DNA of 56,576 bases, taken from positions 1 to 56,576 of the forward strand of contig JBBQKP010000001.1 of the NCBI GenBank assembly GCA_038326995.1, read 5' to 3'. Position 1 is the stretch's first letter, and every line of letters starts with the position of its first letter. Source of the DNA: Tepidisphaerales bacterium. Lineage in GTDB: Bacteria; Planctomycetota; Phycisphaerae; Tepidisphaerales; Tepidisphaeraceae. The position numbers and the translations under genes were made by a program. Below, one piece after another: positions 1-13,762 of the stretch. Below the pieces are notes generated by a model. That model saw nothing but the letters and a program-made list of their open reading frames with translations, did no database searches and was not told the origin of the DNA.

Positions 1-3000
1 AGCTACTCACTCGCCGAAGCCCGCTACACGACTGACGAATGTCGCGCCCTTCGCCTGACCTTCGGCATGCCGTTCCGCGTGACGCTTCGCCTCATCCGCA
101 AGGACAAGAGCGACATCATCGAAGAAGCCATTTATCTCGGCGAAATCCCGATCATGATCGGCGGCGGCGAGTTCATCATCAACGGCTCTGAGCGCGTGAT
201 CGTGAATCAGCTCCACCGCTCGCCCGGCGTCGACTTCCTCGTCGAAGTTTCTGAAGGCGACCGACCGCTTCATGCCTTCCGCATCATCCCAGAGCGCGGA
301 AGCTGGATCGAGTGCGGCGTCACCAAGAAAGACTCCCTGGCGGTTCGAATCGACCAGTCCTCGAAGATTCCCGCAACTACGTTTCTTCGCGCTTTGGATT
401 CCAAATACAGCGGCAACGAAGCCATAATCCGCGAGTTCTACACTGTAGAAAACGTCAAGGTCGGCCAGCTTCAGCCCCAATACTACGCCGCCGCCTCAAT
501 CATCGATCAGGAATCGGGCGAAGAGCTCGTCAAGGCTGGGGCACAGCTTGGCGACGCGATCGCGAAGATCCAAGCCGCCCCGAAGCTCAAGAGCATCGCG
601 TGCATCACCGATGTGAAGGACAATCTCGTCCTCAATACGCTCGCCGACGATAACGCCAACAGCCACGAAGAAGCCCTCATGCGTATCTACGCGCGGCTTC
701 GTCCGGGCAACCCGCCACAACTCGAAAAAGCCAAGACGCTGTTCCAGGAAAAGTTCTTCGACGAAGCACGCTATCGACTCGGCCGCGTCGGCCGATTCCG
801 CACGAACCGCAAGTTCGAGCAGAACGTGCCCGAAACCGAGATGGTTCTCCGCTCGGAAGACCTCGTGAACTCGCTGAAATACCTCATGCAGCTGCGCGAC
901 CCGCAGGGCAAAGGGTACGTCGACGATATCGATCACCTGGGCAACCGACGCCTGCGAACCATCGACGAACTGGCCCAGGAAGAACTCCGTAAGGGTTTCC
1001 TCAAGCTCAAACGCACCGTCCAGGAGCGAATGAGCCTGAAAGACCCCAACGAGGTCACCAAGATTGCCGAGCTGGTCAACAGCAAGAGCATCTCTTCGGC
1101 GATCGACTTCTTCTTCGGTCGCGGCGAGCTCTCTCAGGTGGTCGATCAGACCAACCCATTGAGCCAGCTCACACACGAAAGACGCCTGTCGGCCCTTGGG
1201 CCTGGCGGCTTGAACCGAAAACGCGCGGGCTTCGAAGTACGCGACGTTCACATCTCCCACTACGGCCGAATCTGTCCGATCGAAACGCCTGAAGGCACGA
1301 ACATCGGACTGATTGCGTCGCTTTCCATCTACTCAGACATCGACGAATACGGCTTCCTCATCACGCCTTACCGCGTGGTCGAAGACAGCAAAACCAACGG
1401 CCAGATCAAGTACCTTCGCGCCGACGAAGAAATGAAGGCCGTCCTCGCTCCGCCCGATGCGGTAGACGTCGACGGCGTGCTGAAGAAGGGCACGACGCTC
1501 GCCCGCGTTCAAGGCGACTTGAACTCCGTCAGTTCACGAGATGTTCAGTACATCGATATCTCGCCCAAACAGACCGTGTCGGTGTCTGCCGCGCTCATTC
1601 CGTTCCTCGAGCACGATGACGCGAACCGAGCCCTGATGGGATCGAACATGCAGCGCCAAGGCGTTCCGCTCCTGCGGACCGACCCGCCGGTGGTCGCGAC
1701 TGGTCTGGAAAGACCCGTTGCAGCCAACAGTGGTCTACTGGTCCGCGCAGAACGCGCGGGTCTGGTGACATACTGTGACAGCCAGCGTCTTCTCATTGAC
1801 AACGCCGACGAATACGTCTTCCGTAAATTCGTAGGCCTGAACGAGCGGACCTGTCAAAACCAGAAGCCGATCGTGAAGAAGGGTCAGCGCGTCAAGAAGG
1901 GCCAGATCCTGGCCGACGGTGCGGCGACATATCAGGGCGAACTCGCCCTGGGCCGCAACGTACTCGTCGCGTTCATGACATTCGACGGCTACAACTTCGA
2001 AGATGCCATCGTGATCTCCGAGCGACTCGTGAAGGAAGACACCTACACCTCGATTCACATCGAAGCGTACGACGTCGAAATTCGCGAGACCAAGCTGGGC
2101 CGTGAAGAATTCACGCGTGACATCCCTAACGTCAGCGAAAAGGCACTGAATAACCTCGACGAGGCGGGCATCGTTCGCGTGGGAACACGCGTCGGTGCTG
2201 GTGATATCCTCGTGGGCAAAATCAGCCCCAAGAGCAAGAGTGAACTGACGCCCGAAGAAAAGCTGCTCCATGCGATCTTCGGCCGGGCAGGTGAAGACGT
2301 GAAGAACGACTCGCTCGAAATGCCCGCGGGCGAAGAAGGCGTCGTCATCGGCGCTCAGCGGTTCAGCCGCCGAATGCACATGACCGACGACCAGAAGAAG
2401 GTGCTTAAGAAGGACATCGAACGCTACGAGCGTGAGATGGACCTTAAGAGCATCCAGATCTTCAAAGACATGATCATCGAGATCAACGAAGTCGCGGGCA
2501 CGGAAATGGTCGATCCTGGCACCCGCCAGAAAGTCGCCAAGAGCGAAAACCCCGACGTCGTGCTCGAACAGATCGAAACCTTCAAGACCGACTGGATCAA
2601 GGGCAGTAAAGAAGCCAAAGATCAGGCAATGAACACCTATTCCAGGTTCTGGCCGCGAATTATCGCAGTCAGCAAGGAAAAGGCGCGCAAAGTCGATCAC
2701 ATGAAGCGTGGGGACGAACTCGCCAGCGGCGTCCTGGAAATGGTCAAGATTTACATCGCGACCAAACGCCAGCTTTCTGTCGGCGATAAGATGGCTGGTC
2801 GGCACGGGAACAAGGGCGTCATCGCCCGAATCGTCCCCGAGCAGGACATGCCGTTCCTCGAAGACGGTTCGCCCGTCGATATTCTGCTCAACCCGCTGGG
2901 CGTGCCCAGCCGTATGAATGTCGGGCAGATTCTCGAAACCCACCTGGGCTGGGCTGCAGCAGTTCTCGGCTTTCAGGCCGTCACTCCCGTGTTCGACGGT

Positions 3001-3573
3001 GCGACCGAAGGTGAAATCTTCGACGCCGTTGAAGAAGCGAACAAGTCGACGATCGAGAAGCGTAAAGAACGTGAAAAGAAGGGCATCCCGCTCGGCAATC
3101 GCGAGTTCGACGTCGTCATGCCCTACGGCGGAAAGCTACAACTCTTTGACGGCCGCACCGGCGAGCCGTTCGAGCAGAAGACCACTGTCGGCTATCTATA
3201 TATGATGAAGCTGCACCACCTGGTCGACGATAAAATCCACGCCCGAAGCACCGGACCCTACTCACTCATCACCCAACAGCCGCTCGGCGGCAAGGCTCGC
3301 ACCGGCGGCCAGCGATTCGGGGAGATGGAAGTCTGGGGCCTCGAGGCCTACGGCGCGGCCTACATCCTCCAGGAACTGCTCACCGTCAAATCCGATGACG
3401 TCGAAGGACGTACCAAGATTTACGAGAGCATGGTTAAGGGCACCAACTCACTCGAGGCCGGCACCCCCGTCAGCTTCGACGTGCTGTGCAACGAAATCCG
3501 AGGCCTGGGACTCAATATCCAACTGGAGAAGAAGAACGGCGTCAGCTCGCCGGTCGATGAAGACCTGATGTAA
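1..3573 (+). CDS. rpoB: DNA-directed RNA polymerase beta subunit, 5' end outside window
   Basis: The frame is open from base 1 ([25 protein letters not shown]...), so the listed ATG at 67 is internal. Classic beta-subunit motifs are present: [80 protein letters not shown]. Stop TAA at 3571-3573. Confidence 0.98.
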   Translation, partial: SYSLAEARYTTDECRALRLTFGMPFRVTLRLIRKDKSDIIEEAIYLGEIPIMIGGGEFIINGSERVIVNQLHRSPGVDFLVEVSEGDRPLHAFRIIPERGSWIECGVTKKDSLAVRIDQSSKIPATTFLRALDSKYSGNEAIIREFYTVENVKVGQLQPQYYAAASIIDQESGEELVKAGAQLGDAIAKIQAAPKLKSIACITDVKDNLVLNTLADDNANSHEEALMRIYARLRPGNPPQLEKAKTLFQEKFFDEARYRLGRVGRFRTNRKFEQNVPETEMVLRSEDLVNSLKYLMQLRDPQGKGYVDDIDHLGNRRLRTIDELAQEELRKGFLKLKRTVQERMSLKDPNEVTKIAELVNSKSISSAIDFFFGRGELSQVVDQTNPLSQLTHERRLSALGPGGLNRKRAGFEVRDVHISHYGRICPIETPEGTNIGLIASLSIYSDIDEYGFLITPYRVVEDSKTNGQIKYLRADEEMKAVLAPPDAVDVDGVLKKGTTLARVQGDLNSVSSRDVQYIDISPKQTVSVSAALIPFLEHDDANRALMGSNMQRQGVPLLRTDPPVVATGLERPVAANSGLLVRAERAGLVTYCDSQRLLIDNADEYVFRKFVGLNERTCQNQKPIVKKGQRVKKGQILADGAATYQGELALGRNVLVAFMTFDGYNFEDAIVISERLVKEDTYTSIHIEAYDVEIRETKLGREEFTRDIPNVSEKALNNLDEAGIVRVGTRVGAGDILVGKISPKSKSELTPEEKLLHAIFGRAGEDVKNDSLEMPAGEEGVVIGAQRFSRRMHMTDDQKKVLKKDIERYEREMDLKSIQIFKDMIIEINEVAGTEMVDPGTRQKVAKSENPDVVLEQIETFKTDWIKGSKEAKDQAMNTYSRFWPRIIAVSKEKARKVDHMKRGDELASGVLEMVKIYIATKRQLSVGDKMAGRHGNKGVIARIVPEQDMPFLEDGSPVDILLNPLGVPSRMNVGQILETHLGWAAAVLGFQAVTPVFDGATEGEIFDAVEEANKSTIEKRKEREKKGIPLGNREFDVVMPYGGKLQLFDGRTGEPFEQKTTVGYLYMMKLHHLVDDKIHARSTGPYSLITQQPLGGKARTGGQRFGEMEVWGLEAYGAAYILQELLTVKSDDVEGRTKIYESMVKGTNSLEAGTPVSFDVLCNEIRGLGLNIQLEKKNGVSSPVDEDLM

Positions 3574-3588
3574 AGCAACTGCCGAGTT

Positions 3589-3603
3589 AGATCCAGTGGA
3601 TCT
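3589..3603. repeat. 15-bp palindrome agatccaGtggatct in the rpoB-ORF A spacer
   Basis: Read directly: 7-nt arms agatcca/tggatct around a single central base, starting 16 nt after the rpoB stop and ending 34 nt before the GTG of the first small ORF. Function unknown (operator or insertion scar). Confidence 0.5.
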
Positions 3604-3636
3604 TCGTAAGTGCTCTCGCAATAGAAGGAAGCTGTC

Positions 3637-3888
3637 GTGCTGTTCGAGATAGTCGGTCCCATCAACAGCATAGAAGTCATCGCGACAGGAAGCGGCGTAC
3701 GGACGCGAAAAGAACTTTCTAAGCGTTTCGGTCACTCAGGCGCACGGTGGCGTAAGTTAAAAGGACTTGCCACCGTACGATTGATGGACACTTCGCCCAG
3801 AACTTCGCTTCGAAAGGCCGAGGTCCATTGGTACGAAGCTCACGGAATCGGCAAGGTGCTTTTCAAGATCAAACGATATGTCGACTAA
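3637..3888 (+). CDS. small basic protein (83 aa), uncharacterised family with C-terminal AEVHWYEAHGIGK..KIKRY motif
   Basis: GTG start with AAGGA about 7 nt upstream, and an uninterrupted 83 codons. The product is rich in R/K. The motif HWYEAHGIGK matches, from memory, a widespread family of unannotated small proteins. Same strand as rpoB/rpoC. Confidence 0.65.
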   Translation: MLFEIVGPINSIEVIATGSGVRTRKELSKRFGHSGARWRKLKGLATVRLMDTSPRTSLRKAEVHWYEAHGIGKVLFKIKRYVD

Positions 3889-4189
3889 AATCACCCCATC
3901 TCTCCGAACACCACAAAACAAGAGCAAGCCATCTCGTTCGAAGATTACCTCATCAAACGTAGCTAATATCAGTGTGATCTGCGTCAAAAATGGTGAGTTT
4001 ACTAGCGAGTTGCACGTCGGTAAGGTTTACCTTTTGGAAAAATCTGAACCAGGTGATCTTGAAACGAATCTCAGGATAATCGACGAGTCAGGCGAATCTT
4101 ACCTCTATCCGGCGACATGGTTTGAGTCAGTACAAGTTTCCAACCGAGCGATCAAAATCATTCGACACGCCCAGAAAATAGCCTGCTGA
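3878..4189 (+). CDS. small protein (103 aa, or ~71 aa from in-frame GTG 3974) with acidic core motif [17 protein letters not shown], uncharacterised family
   Basis: ATG 3878 overlaps the stop of the preceding ORF (TAA 3886-3888) by 11 nt. The core [18 protein letters not shown]...[14 protein letters not shown] resembles, from memory, a widespread unannotated small-protein family. The N-terminal 30 aa are low complexity, so the true start may be GTG 3974. Local GC is about 45% by hand count. Confidence 0.6.
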   Translation: MSTKITPSLRTPQNKSKPSRSKITSSNVANISVICVKNGEFTSELHVGKVYLLEKSEPGDLETNLRIIDESGESYLYPATWFESVQVSNRAIKIIRHAQKIAC

Positions 4190-4239
4190 TCGCAGTCTGC
4201 ATGATAGTTAGAATTCATACGAATCAATCGAGAAATAAC

Positions 4240-8646
<4,407 letters not shown>

Positions 8647-8690
8647 GGTTCGACGACATCAGGGCAAAAGATGCTGTATCAAAGCAATTG

Positions 8691-8716
8691 GAGACCGCCT
8701 TCGGGCGGTCTCTTTT
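8691..8716 (+). terminator. rho-independent terminator after rpoC
   Basis: 9-bp perfect stem gagaccgcc/ggcggtctc, tetraloop ttcg, followed by tttt. Confidence 0.85.
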
Positions 8717-8839
8717 GCGTAAGTGGTTCTCTTTCAAACCTCTCTGTCTTGCAACGCGCGTCCCAAGCCCGTGAGCGGTCGAGACCTTCTTAATTTACAG
8801 ACAGTTTCAGATCGAAATCGCCTTGAATATTGATCGTTC

Positions 8840-9796
8840 GTGGCCGAGTGTGATGTCGCACGCGTAGAATACTTTGTCGTCCCAGCGATATTCACACCGA
8901 CCTTCACATTGCCTCTTCCACTCCAACAAATTCGCGACGCAGACGGGCCGCCACAACAGATCTCGGCGTGGATTCAAGGCCGCGCCAGACGGCTTGTCGA
9001 GGTGCTGCTCGAAGCGGAAGTCAGCGACGTTCTGGGCAGACCCAATTACGCTCGCACGAACGCACGCGGCTCTCGAAACGGCTACAAGCTTCGCTGGCTG
9101 AAAGTCGGACAGACCAAACTGCGAATGCGCCTGCCTCAGCTCCGCGACACCGACGAGCCGTTTCAGTCGTGCGTCTGGAGAATGCTCAAGTCCAATTGCC
9201 CCGCGCTCGACGGTTTCATCCTCTCGCTCTACGCCCACGGCCCTTCGGCTGCACTGCTCAGGCGGTTTATCGACTTCGTCGATTGCGGTCAGACGCAGTA
9301 CACGCCCGGCGAGCCAGCGCTCGAACAGGCAGCCCTGACTCTCGGTCAAGACATTCAGCACCACCGAACGATCGACCTGCGGCGAGTCTTGCCCGTGTGC
9401 TTGTCCATCTGCACGATCGACGCTCGCATACCCGGCCCGTCTCCACTACCCGCTGGCGATTCATCGTCCGATCAACGTTTTGTCGTGTGCTTCGCCAAGT
9501 GTGCCAACGCAGCAGAGGAAGTCCTGAGCGTCACGGACGTGACCGCTGACGCGCCACAACACGACGAGGTCACGATCAGACGCATCATCACGGAGCTGAG
9601 AGATCGCGGCCTGGCGCCTCCGCTTTTGCTCGGCGGCGTGTCGAGTGAGGAAATTCGTTCCTGCGTTTCGTCGCTCTACCCGCTCCGCCAGAGACTTGGA
9701 TACTGGGACGACCTCTTCAGGACCGGACGCCAGAGACTCTCCAGCGATGTGATGCCGCTCGCTTTGACCGGCTATCGGCAACTGATCGATACATGA
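8840..9796 (+). mobile_element. IS256/Mutator-family transposase-like ORF, probably a degenerate relic
   Basis: LLEAEVSDVLGRPNYARTNARGSRNGYKLRWLKVGQTKLRMRLPQLRD..PFQS matches the conserved N-terminal block of IS256-type transposases (L.EAE..E.LG...YER...R.G.RNGY..R.L.T..G.i.l.vPR.R). Later blocks are recognisable but eroded: the first D is retained in CTIDARI, the second acidic position reads LLLGGVS, and the C-terminal third including the E is missing. At 318 aa it is short of the ~400 aa expected. No terminal inverted repeats were identified. Confidence 0.5.
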
Positions 9797-9831
9797 GATA
9801 TACAAAAGGTGGCGAACACGCTCACGCCCGA

Positions 9832-11142
9832 TCACCCCCGATACGCCCGAAACACCAGCGCCGCGTTTTGCCCGCCGATGCTGTACGCGGTGCTCAGTGC
9901 CGATCGAATTTCGCCCGTGCGGGCTTCGCCTGAAACGTTCAGTTTCATCGCGGTCTTTTCGGGCCGCGTGTTGATCGCGGGTGGGGCGATCTGATTGGCC
10001 ACCGACATCACCGCGATCGCCACTTCCACGCCACCTCCCGCGGCAAGGCTGCCGAGCTGCGATTTCACGGGCGACATTTTCATACGACTCAGTTCATCGC
10101 CCAGCGCCAGCTTCAGCCCGTTCAGCTCAGCCGCGTCGTGCGATGCGATACCCACGCCGTGCGGAATCAATAGGTCCACATCGATCGCGTTCGTCTTGGC
10201 GTCGCGCAGTGCGTTACGAATCGCCGCCGCGTAGCTCTTTCCCGTCGGATCGGGTTCGGTCGTGCTGTAGGCGTCATGACTCGCTGCAAATCCGGTCAGC
10301 TCCGCGTAGATCGTCGCGCCGCGAGCCTTCGCGTGCTCGAGCTCTTCCAGGATCAACAGCCCGCCGCCTTCTGCGATCGCGGTGCCGCTCGCCTGCGTGT
10401 CGAACGGCCGAACCGCGTCCGGTCCCTCTCCGCCGCTTTCGTTCAGCCTCTTGAGCAGTGTTTGCCGGACCATGCCCATCGGGTTCAGCTTCGATTCCGC
10501 GCCGCCGCAAATCGCCAGATCCGCCTTGCCGCGCTGAATCGTCCGAAACGCCTCGCCGATCGCCAGATGGCTGCTCGCATCCGCACACGTAATCGTGTTC
10601 GACGGCCCCATCAACCCGTGAATGATCGTCACATGACACGCCAGCATGTTCGGCAAATATTTCAAGAGCCATAGCGGTGTAAGCTGACCCATGCCGTCGT
10701 TTCCCCATTTCTTCAGATCGAATCCAGTCGAGCCCGGCCCGTCGCGCGCCACATCAAACGCCGCGGTCAGTTCATTCAGCTCACAGCAGATCAGCCCCGC
10801 GCCGATGTTGCACCCAAACCGCTCGGGCGTGAGCGTCGGGTTTTCGGTATAAGCCTGCGACGCGATCTTCGCATCCTTGAACGCATCGTCCGCCGCGATG
10901 ACCGCGAGCTCGATATCGCGCGCCATCACCTTCGTCGCCTTGCGATAACTCTTGGGCACGAAGTCGTTGATCTTGTATGCCGGCACCTGCCCGCCCACGC
11001 GACAACCCAGCCCGTCGGGCGAAAACAGCGTGATCGGCCCGATCCCGCTTCGGCCCGCAAGCAGCGCCTCCCACGTCGCGGCCTTGCCGATGCCCAGTGG
11101 CGAAACCATTCCAATACCCGTGACGACGACGCGTTTGTCCAT
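9832..11142 (-). CDS. beta-ketoacyl-ACP synthase II (FabF)-like protein with non-canonical active-site residues
   Basis: MDKRVVVTGIGMVSPLGIG...W.ALLAGRSGI and the thiolase-fold KAS blocks GGAES, PHG, VKS..G, GGQNAALVF are present. An ungapped alignment to E. coli FabF (from memory) puts Asp at the Cys163 position and Ser at the His340 position. Confidence 0.85.
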   Translation of the reverse strand: MDKRVVVTGIGMVSPLGIGKAATWEALLAGRSGIGPITLFSPDGLGCRVGGQVPAYKINDFVPKSYRKATKVMARDIELAVIAADDAFKDAKIASQAYTENPTLTPERFGCNIGAGLICCELNELTAAFDVARDGPGSTGFDLKKWGNDGMGQLTPLWLLKYLPNMLACHVTIIHGLMGPSNTITCADASSHLAIGEAFRTIQRGKADLAICGGAESKLNPMGMVRQTLLKRLNESGGEGPDAVRPFDTQASGTAIAEGGGLLILEELEHAKARGATIYAELTGFAASHDAYSTTEPDPTGKSYAAAIRNALRDAKTNAIDVDLLIPHGVGIASHDAAELNGLKLALGDELSRMKMSPVKSQLGSLAAGGGVEVAIAVMSVANQIAPPAINTRPEKTAMKLNVSGEARTGEIRSALSTAYSIGGQNAALVFRAYRG

Positions 11143-11693
11143 CCGAACAGTTTAGGATGGATCGCCCAATGTGGGTAGAGGCGCGGCCTGCAGTCGCCAA
11201 CAGATGATCAGCATTATTCAAAACTTTTTTTCCATGACAGAATTGAAATTGATTTCTCTCCGTCACGATTGAGGTCTTGAAACATTTGGCAACCGCAGGA
11301 GGACTACACGTCTTCATGGTTTGCGATTGGTCCTTGTTTCGCCGCGGGCGCGAGCCTGCGGAAGCACGCGAAGTTGTCGAGCGATGTTGGGTCGAGACGC
11401 GCGCGAGGAAGAGGAGGCGCTTCAGATTTGCGCGCCCGTCTCGATGCGCTCATGCGCGAATGGGACAGATGGTGCAGAAGCGGTGGAGATATGAGTCTGA
11501 AACACTCGGGTGACATCGAAGTCGAACTCAAATGTGCGCATTTCGAGTGGGCCGGGGTGAGGATGGTCGGCGTAAGATGAGCGGCGGCCGGGAGATGGAG
11601 CGAGGGAGGGGTGAAAAGAGTATCGACAAAAGGGTGGTAAATAGGCGCAAAATGGTGGTTGATGACGGCGAAATGGTGCGAATGGGCGCAAAT

Positions 11694-11746
11694 CGGCGGC
11701 GAATGTCGGGCGGCGAATGTCGGGCGGCGAATGTTGGGCGGCGATT
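11694..11746. repeat. 14-bp tandem repeat (cgggcggcgaatgt, about 3.8 copies) in a 690-bp non-coding gap
   Basis: Read directly: two exact copies at 11707-11720 and 11721-11734, flanked by imperfect copies. More degenerate gcg(c)aaatgg-like units lie upstream (11645-11693). Confidence 0.8.
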
Positions 11747-11829
11747 CAGAAAGCCGTTTCAAACTTCGACAACGGAAGAAAAAATCCTGAGCGAGAGTCG
11801 CACACCGAACTTCAATATGACGAAAAATC

Positions 11830-12798
11830 TTAGAGCTTGGCGGCTTCTTTTTTCGGGTCGAACTGGTCGCGCAGGCCGTCGCCGAGGAAGTTGAGGGCGA
11901 GCAGGGTGATGCTTAGAAGTAAGCAGGGAAAGAGGAGCATCCACCACTCGGGATTAAGTGTGCGGGTCGCGTTAATGCGGTTCTCGGCGGCGAGGGCGCC
12001 CCAGGTGGGCAGGGTCGGATCGACGCCGATGCCGAGGAAGCTGAGGAATGATTCCGCGAGGATGGCCTGTGGGATGGTGAGGGTGGCGTAGACGGCAATG
12101 GGCCCGACGAGGTTGGGCAGAATGTGCCGGAGAAAGATGCGAAGCTGAGGCAGGCCGACGGCGTGGCAGGCCTCGATGAAGGGCTGAGACCGGAGCGAAA
12201 GGACCTGGCCGCGAATGACGCGGGCCATGGTGAGCCAGCTGACCAGGCCGATGGCGAGGAACATGACGATGAGGGAGGCGATGCGGGAGGGGAAAACGCT
12301 TTTGAGAGGGTCTTCGAGGGCGATCTTGAAAAGGAGGACCAGGAGGATGTAGGGCAGGCCGTAGAGGACATCGACGACTCGCATGAGCAGGGAGTCGATC
12401 CATCCGCCGCGGAAGCCTGCGATCAGGCCGACGGTGACGCCGAGCGAGACGCTGATGGCGGCGGCGGCGAAACCGATGGCGAGCGAGATCGACCCGCCCA
12501 AGAGCGCCCGGCCCAGCACGCTTCGGCCGAAGGAATCGGTGCCCATGACGTAGCCGATGCGTTCGAGTGAGGGCGGTTGGCGTTCGTCGCCGCGGTTGCG
12601 AAGCTCGTAGGAAATTTCGCCCCTGGAAGCGAGCGTAAGGGGCATCGATAGCAGGCTCGACCCGGCGATCAGGAGCAGAATCAGGCCGCCGAAGAAGATA
12701 CGCGGTTTGGAGCGGGCGATATTCAGAAATCGTGCGAAAAACCCGGGCCTAGCGGGCTGAATGAGGATGGCAGAGGTTGGCAGGGTGACTGCGGTCAT
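11830..12798 (-). CDS. peptide/nickel ABC transporter permease (OppC/DppC type)
   Basis: Multi-TM protein with the binding-protein-dependent transport signature region (FIEACHAVGLPQLRIFLRHILPN). Confidence 0.9.
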   Translation of the reverse strand: MTAVTLPTSAILIQPARPGFFARFLNIARSKPRIFFGGLILLLIAGSSLLSMPLTLASRGEISYELRNRGDERQPPSLERIGYVMGTDSFGRSVLGRALLGGSISLAIGFAAAAISVSLGVTVGLIAGFRGGWIDSLLMRVVDVLYGLPYILLVLLFKIALEDPLKSVFPSRIASLIVMFLAIGLVSWLTMARVIRGQVLSLRSQPFIEACHAVGLPQLRIFLRHILPNLVGPIAVYATLTIPQAILAESFLSFLGIGVDPTLPTWGALAAENRINATRTLNPEWWMLLFPCLLLSITLLALNFLGDGLRDQFDPKKEAAKL

Positions 12799-12813
12799 TT
12801 CGAGTGCAGACGA

Positions 12814-13755
12814 TTAGTTGGCCGCGGTGACGTCGATGCGGGGATCGACAAAGCCGTAAAGGAGATCGACCACGAGGTTCAGGACCAGGACGAGAGTGGA
12901 ATAGACCATGACCAGTGCGAGGATCATGGTTTGATCGCGATTGGTGACGGAGTCGATGAAGACCTGACCCAGGCCGTTGAGGTTGAAGACGCGTTCGACG
13001 ACGAAGGAGCCGGTGAGCGTGAGCGCGGCGGCGGGTCCGAGGTACGAGAGCACAGGGAGAAACGCGTTACGCATGCAGTGCTTGATCACGACCCAGGGCT
13101 TGGACAGGCCCTTGGCGCGGGCGGTTCGGACGTAATCGGCGCCAAGAACGTCGAGCATGGAGACGCGCTGAAGGCGAACGATGTACGCCATCGGAGCAAG
13201 GGCGAGTGAGATCGCGGGCAACACTAACGCGGCCAGGGGAAGCGACGAGCCCGTGCCCTGGCCCAGTGGAAATAAGTTGTACTTGCCGATCAAGACGACG
13301 AGCAGAATGGCGGCGGTAACGAACGCGGGAATGGAGATGCCGACGAGCGTGAGGGTCATGCCCGCCCAGTCGATCAGGCCGTCGCGGTAGACGGCAGAGA
13401 GGGTGCCGACGGTCATCCCGACGATGACGGCGATGGTGAGCGCGATGAGGCCGAGCTTGAACGAGACGGGAAACCGCGCGGCGATGATTTCGTTGACGCG
13501 AAATTCCTGGTTTCGCATCGACGGGCCGAAGTCCTGATGGAGGATCAGCTGGACGGGATAGTGGGCGAGGAAACCGTACCACGTATCGGCGTTCAGCTTT
13601 TCCTTCAGCTGCTGCAACTGAGCAGGGTCCATCGCGCGGTCTGAGTTCTGAAACGGATCGCCCGGCACGACCCAGACCATCATGAACGTGACGACGTAGA
13701 TCACCGCCAGGATGAGGGGGAACTGGAGTATTCGACTCAGTGCGTATTGCTTCAT
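12814..13755 (-). CDS. peptide/nickel ABC transporter permease (OppB/DppB type)
   Basis: The N-terminus has the typical OppB form, and the EAA-like loop reads DYVRTARAKGLSKPWVVIKHCMRNAFLPV. Confidence 0.9.
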   Translation of the reverse strand: MKQYALSRILQFPLILAVIYVVTFMMVWVVPGDPFQNSDRAMDPAQLQQLKEKLNADTWYGFLAHYPVQLILHQDFGPSMRNQEFRVNEIIAARFPVSFKLGLIALTIAVIVGMTVGTLSAVYRDGLIDWAGMTLTLVGISIPAFVTAAILLVVLIGKYNLFPLGQGTGSSLPLAALVLPAISLALAPMAYIVRLQRVSMLDVLGADYVRTARAKGLSKPWVVIKHCMRNAFLPVLSYLGPAAALTLTGSFVVERVFNLNGLGQVFIDSVTNRDQTMILALVMVYSTLVLVLNLVVDLLYGFVDPRIDVTAAN

Positions 13756-13762
13756 GGCGATG

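Noticed and set aside
342-351. ggttcgaatc, a tRNA T-loop-like string (a similar one lies near 17790)
   Set aside because: Both sit inside well-supported coding sequences (rpoB, end of rex) and lack an acceptor or anticodon stem context. No tRNA cloverleaf could be built in any intergenic region.
1735-2943. 402-aa ORF antisense to rpoB. Similar long antisense ORFs are at 4603-5961, 6652-7869, 25994-27046, 39114-39998, 36254-36937 and 43274-44062.
   Set aside because: All lie opposite genes with unmistakable homology. Their products are low complexity (rich in R/A/D/V/H) with no recognisable motifs. Long open antisense frames are expected in GC-rich DNA.
8807-9364. 185-aa minus-strand ORF overlapping the IS256-like ORF
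   Set aside because: The plus-strand frame carries the recognisable transposase block. The minus-strand product has no motif and is probably a GC-driven open frame.
11304-11762. 152-aa minus-strand ORF (and the plus-strand ORFs 11277-11513 and 11532-11894) in the gap upstream of the KAS-like gene
   Set aside because: The products are proline/histidine/arginine-rich low complexity and are partly generated by the tandem repeats. There is no RBS or homology, so the region is treated as non-coding.
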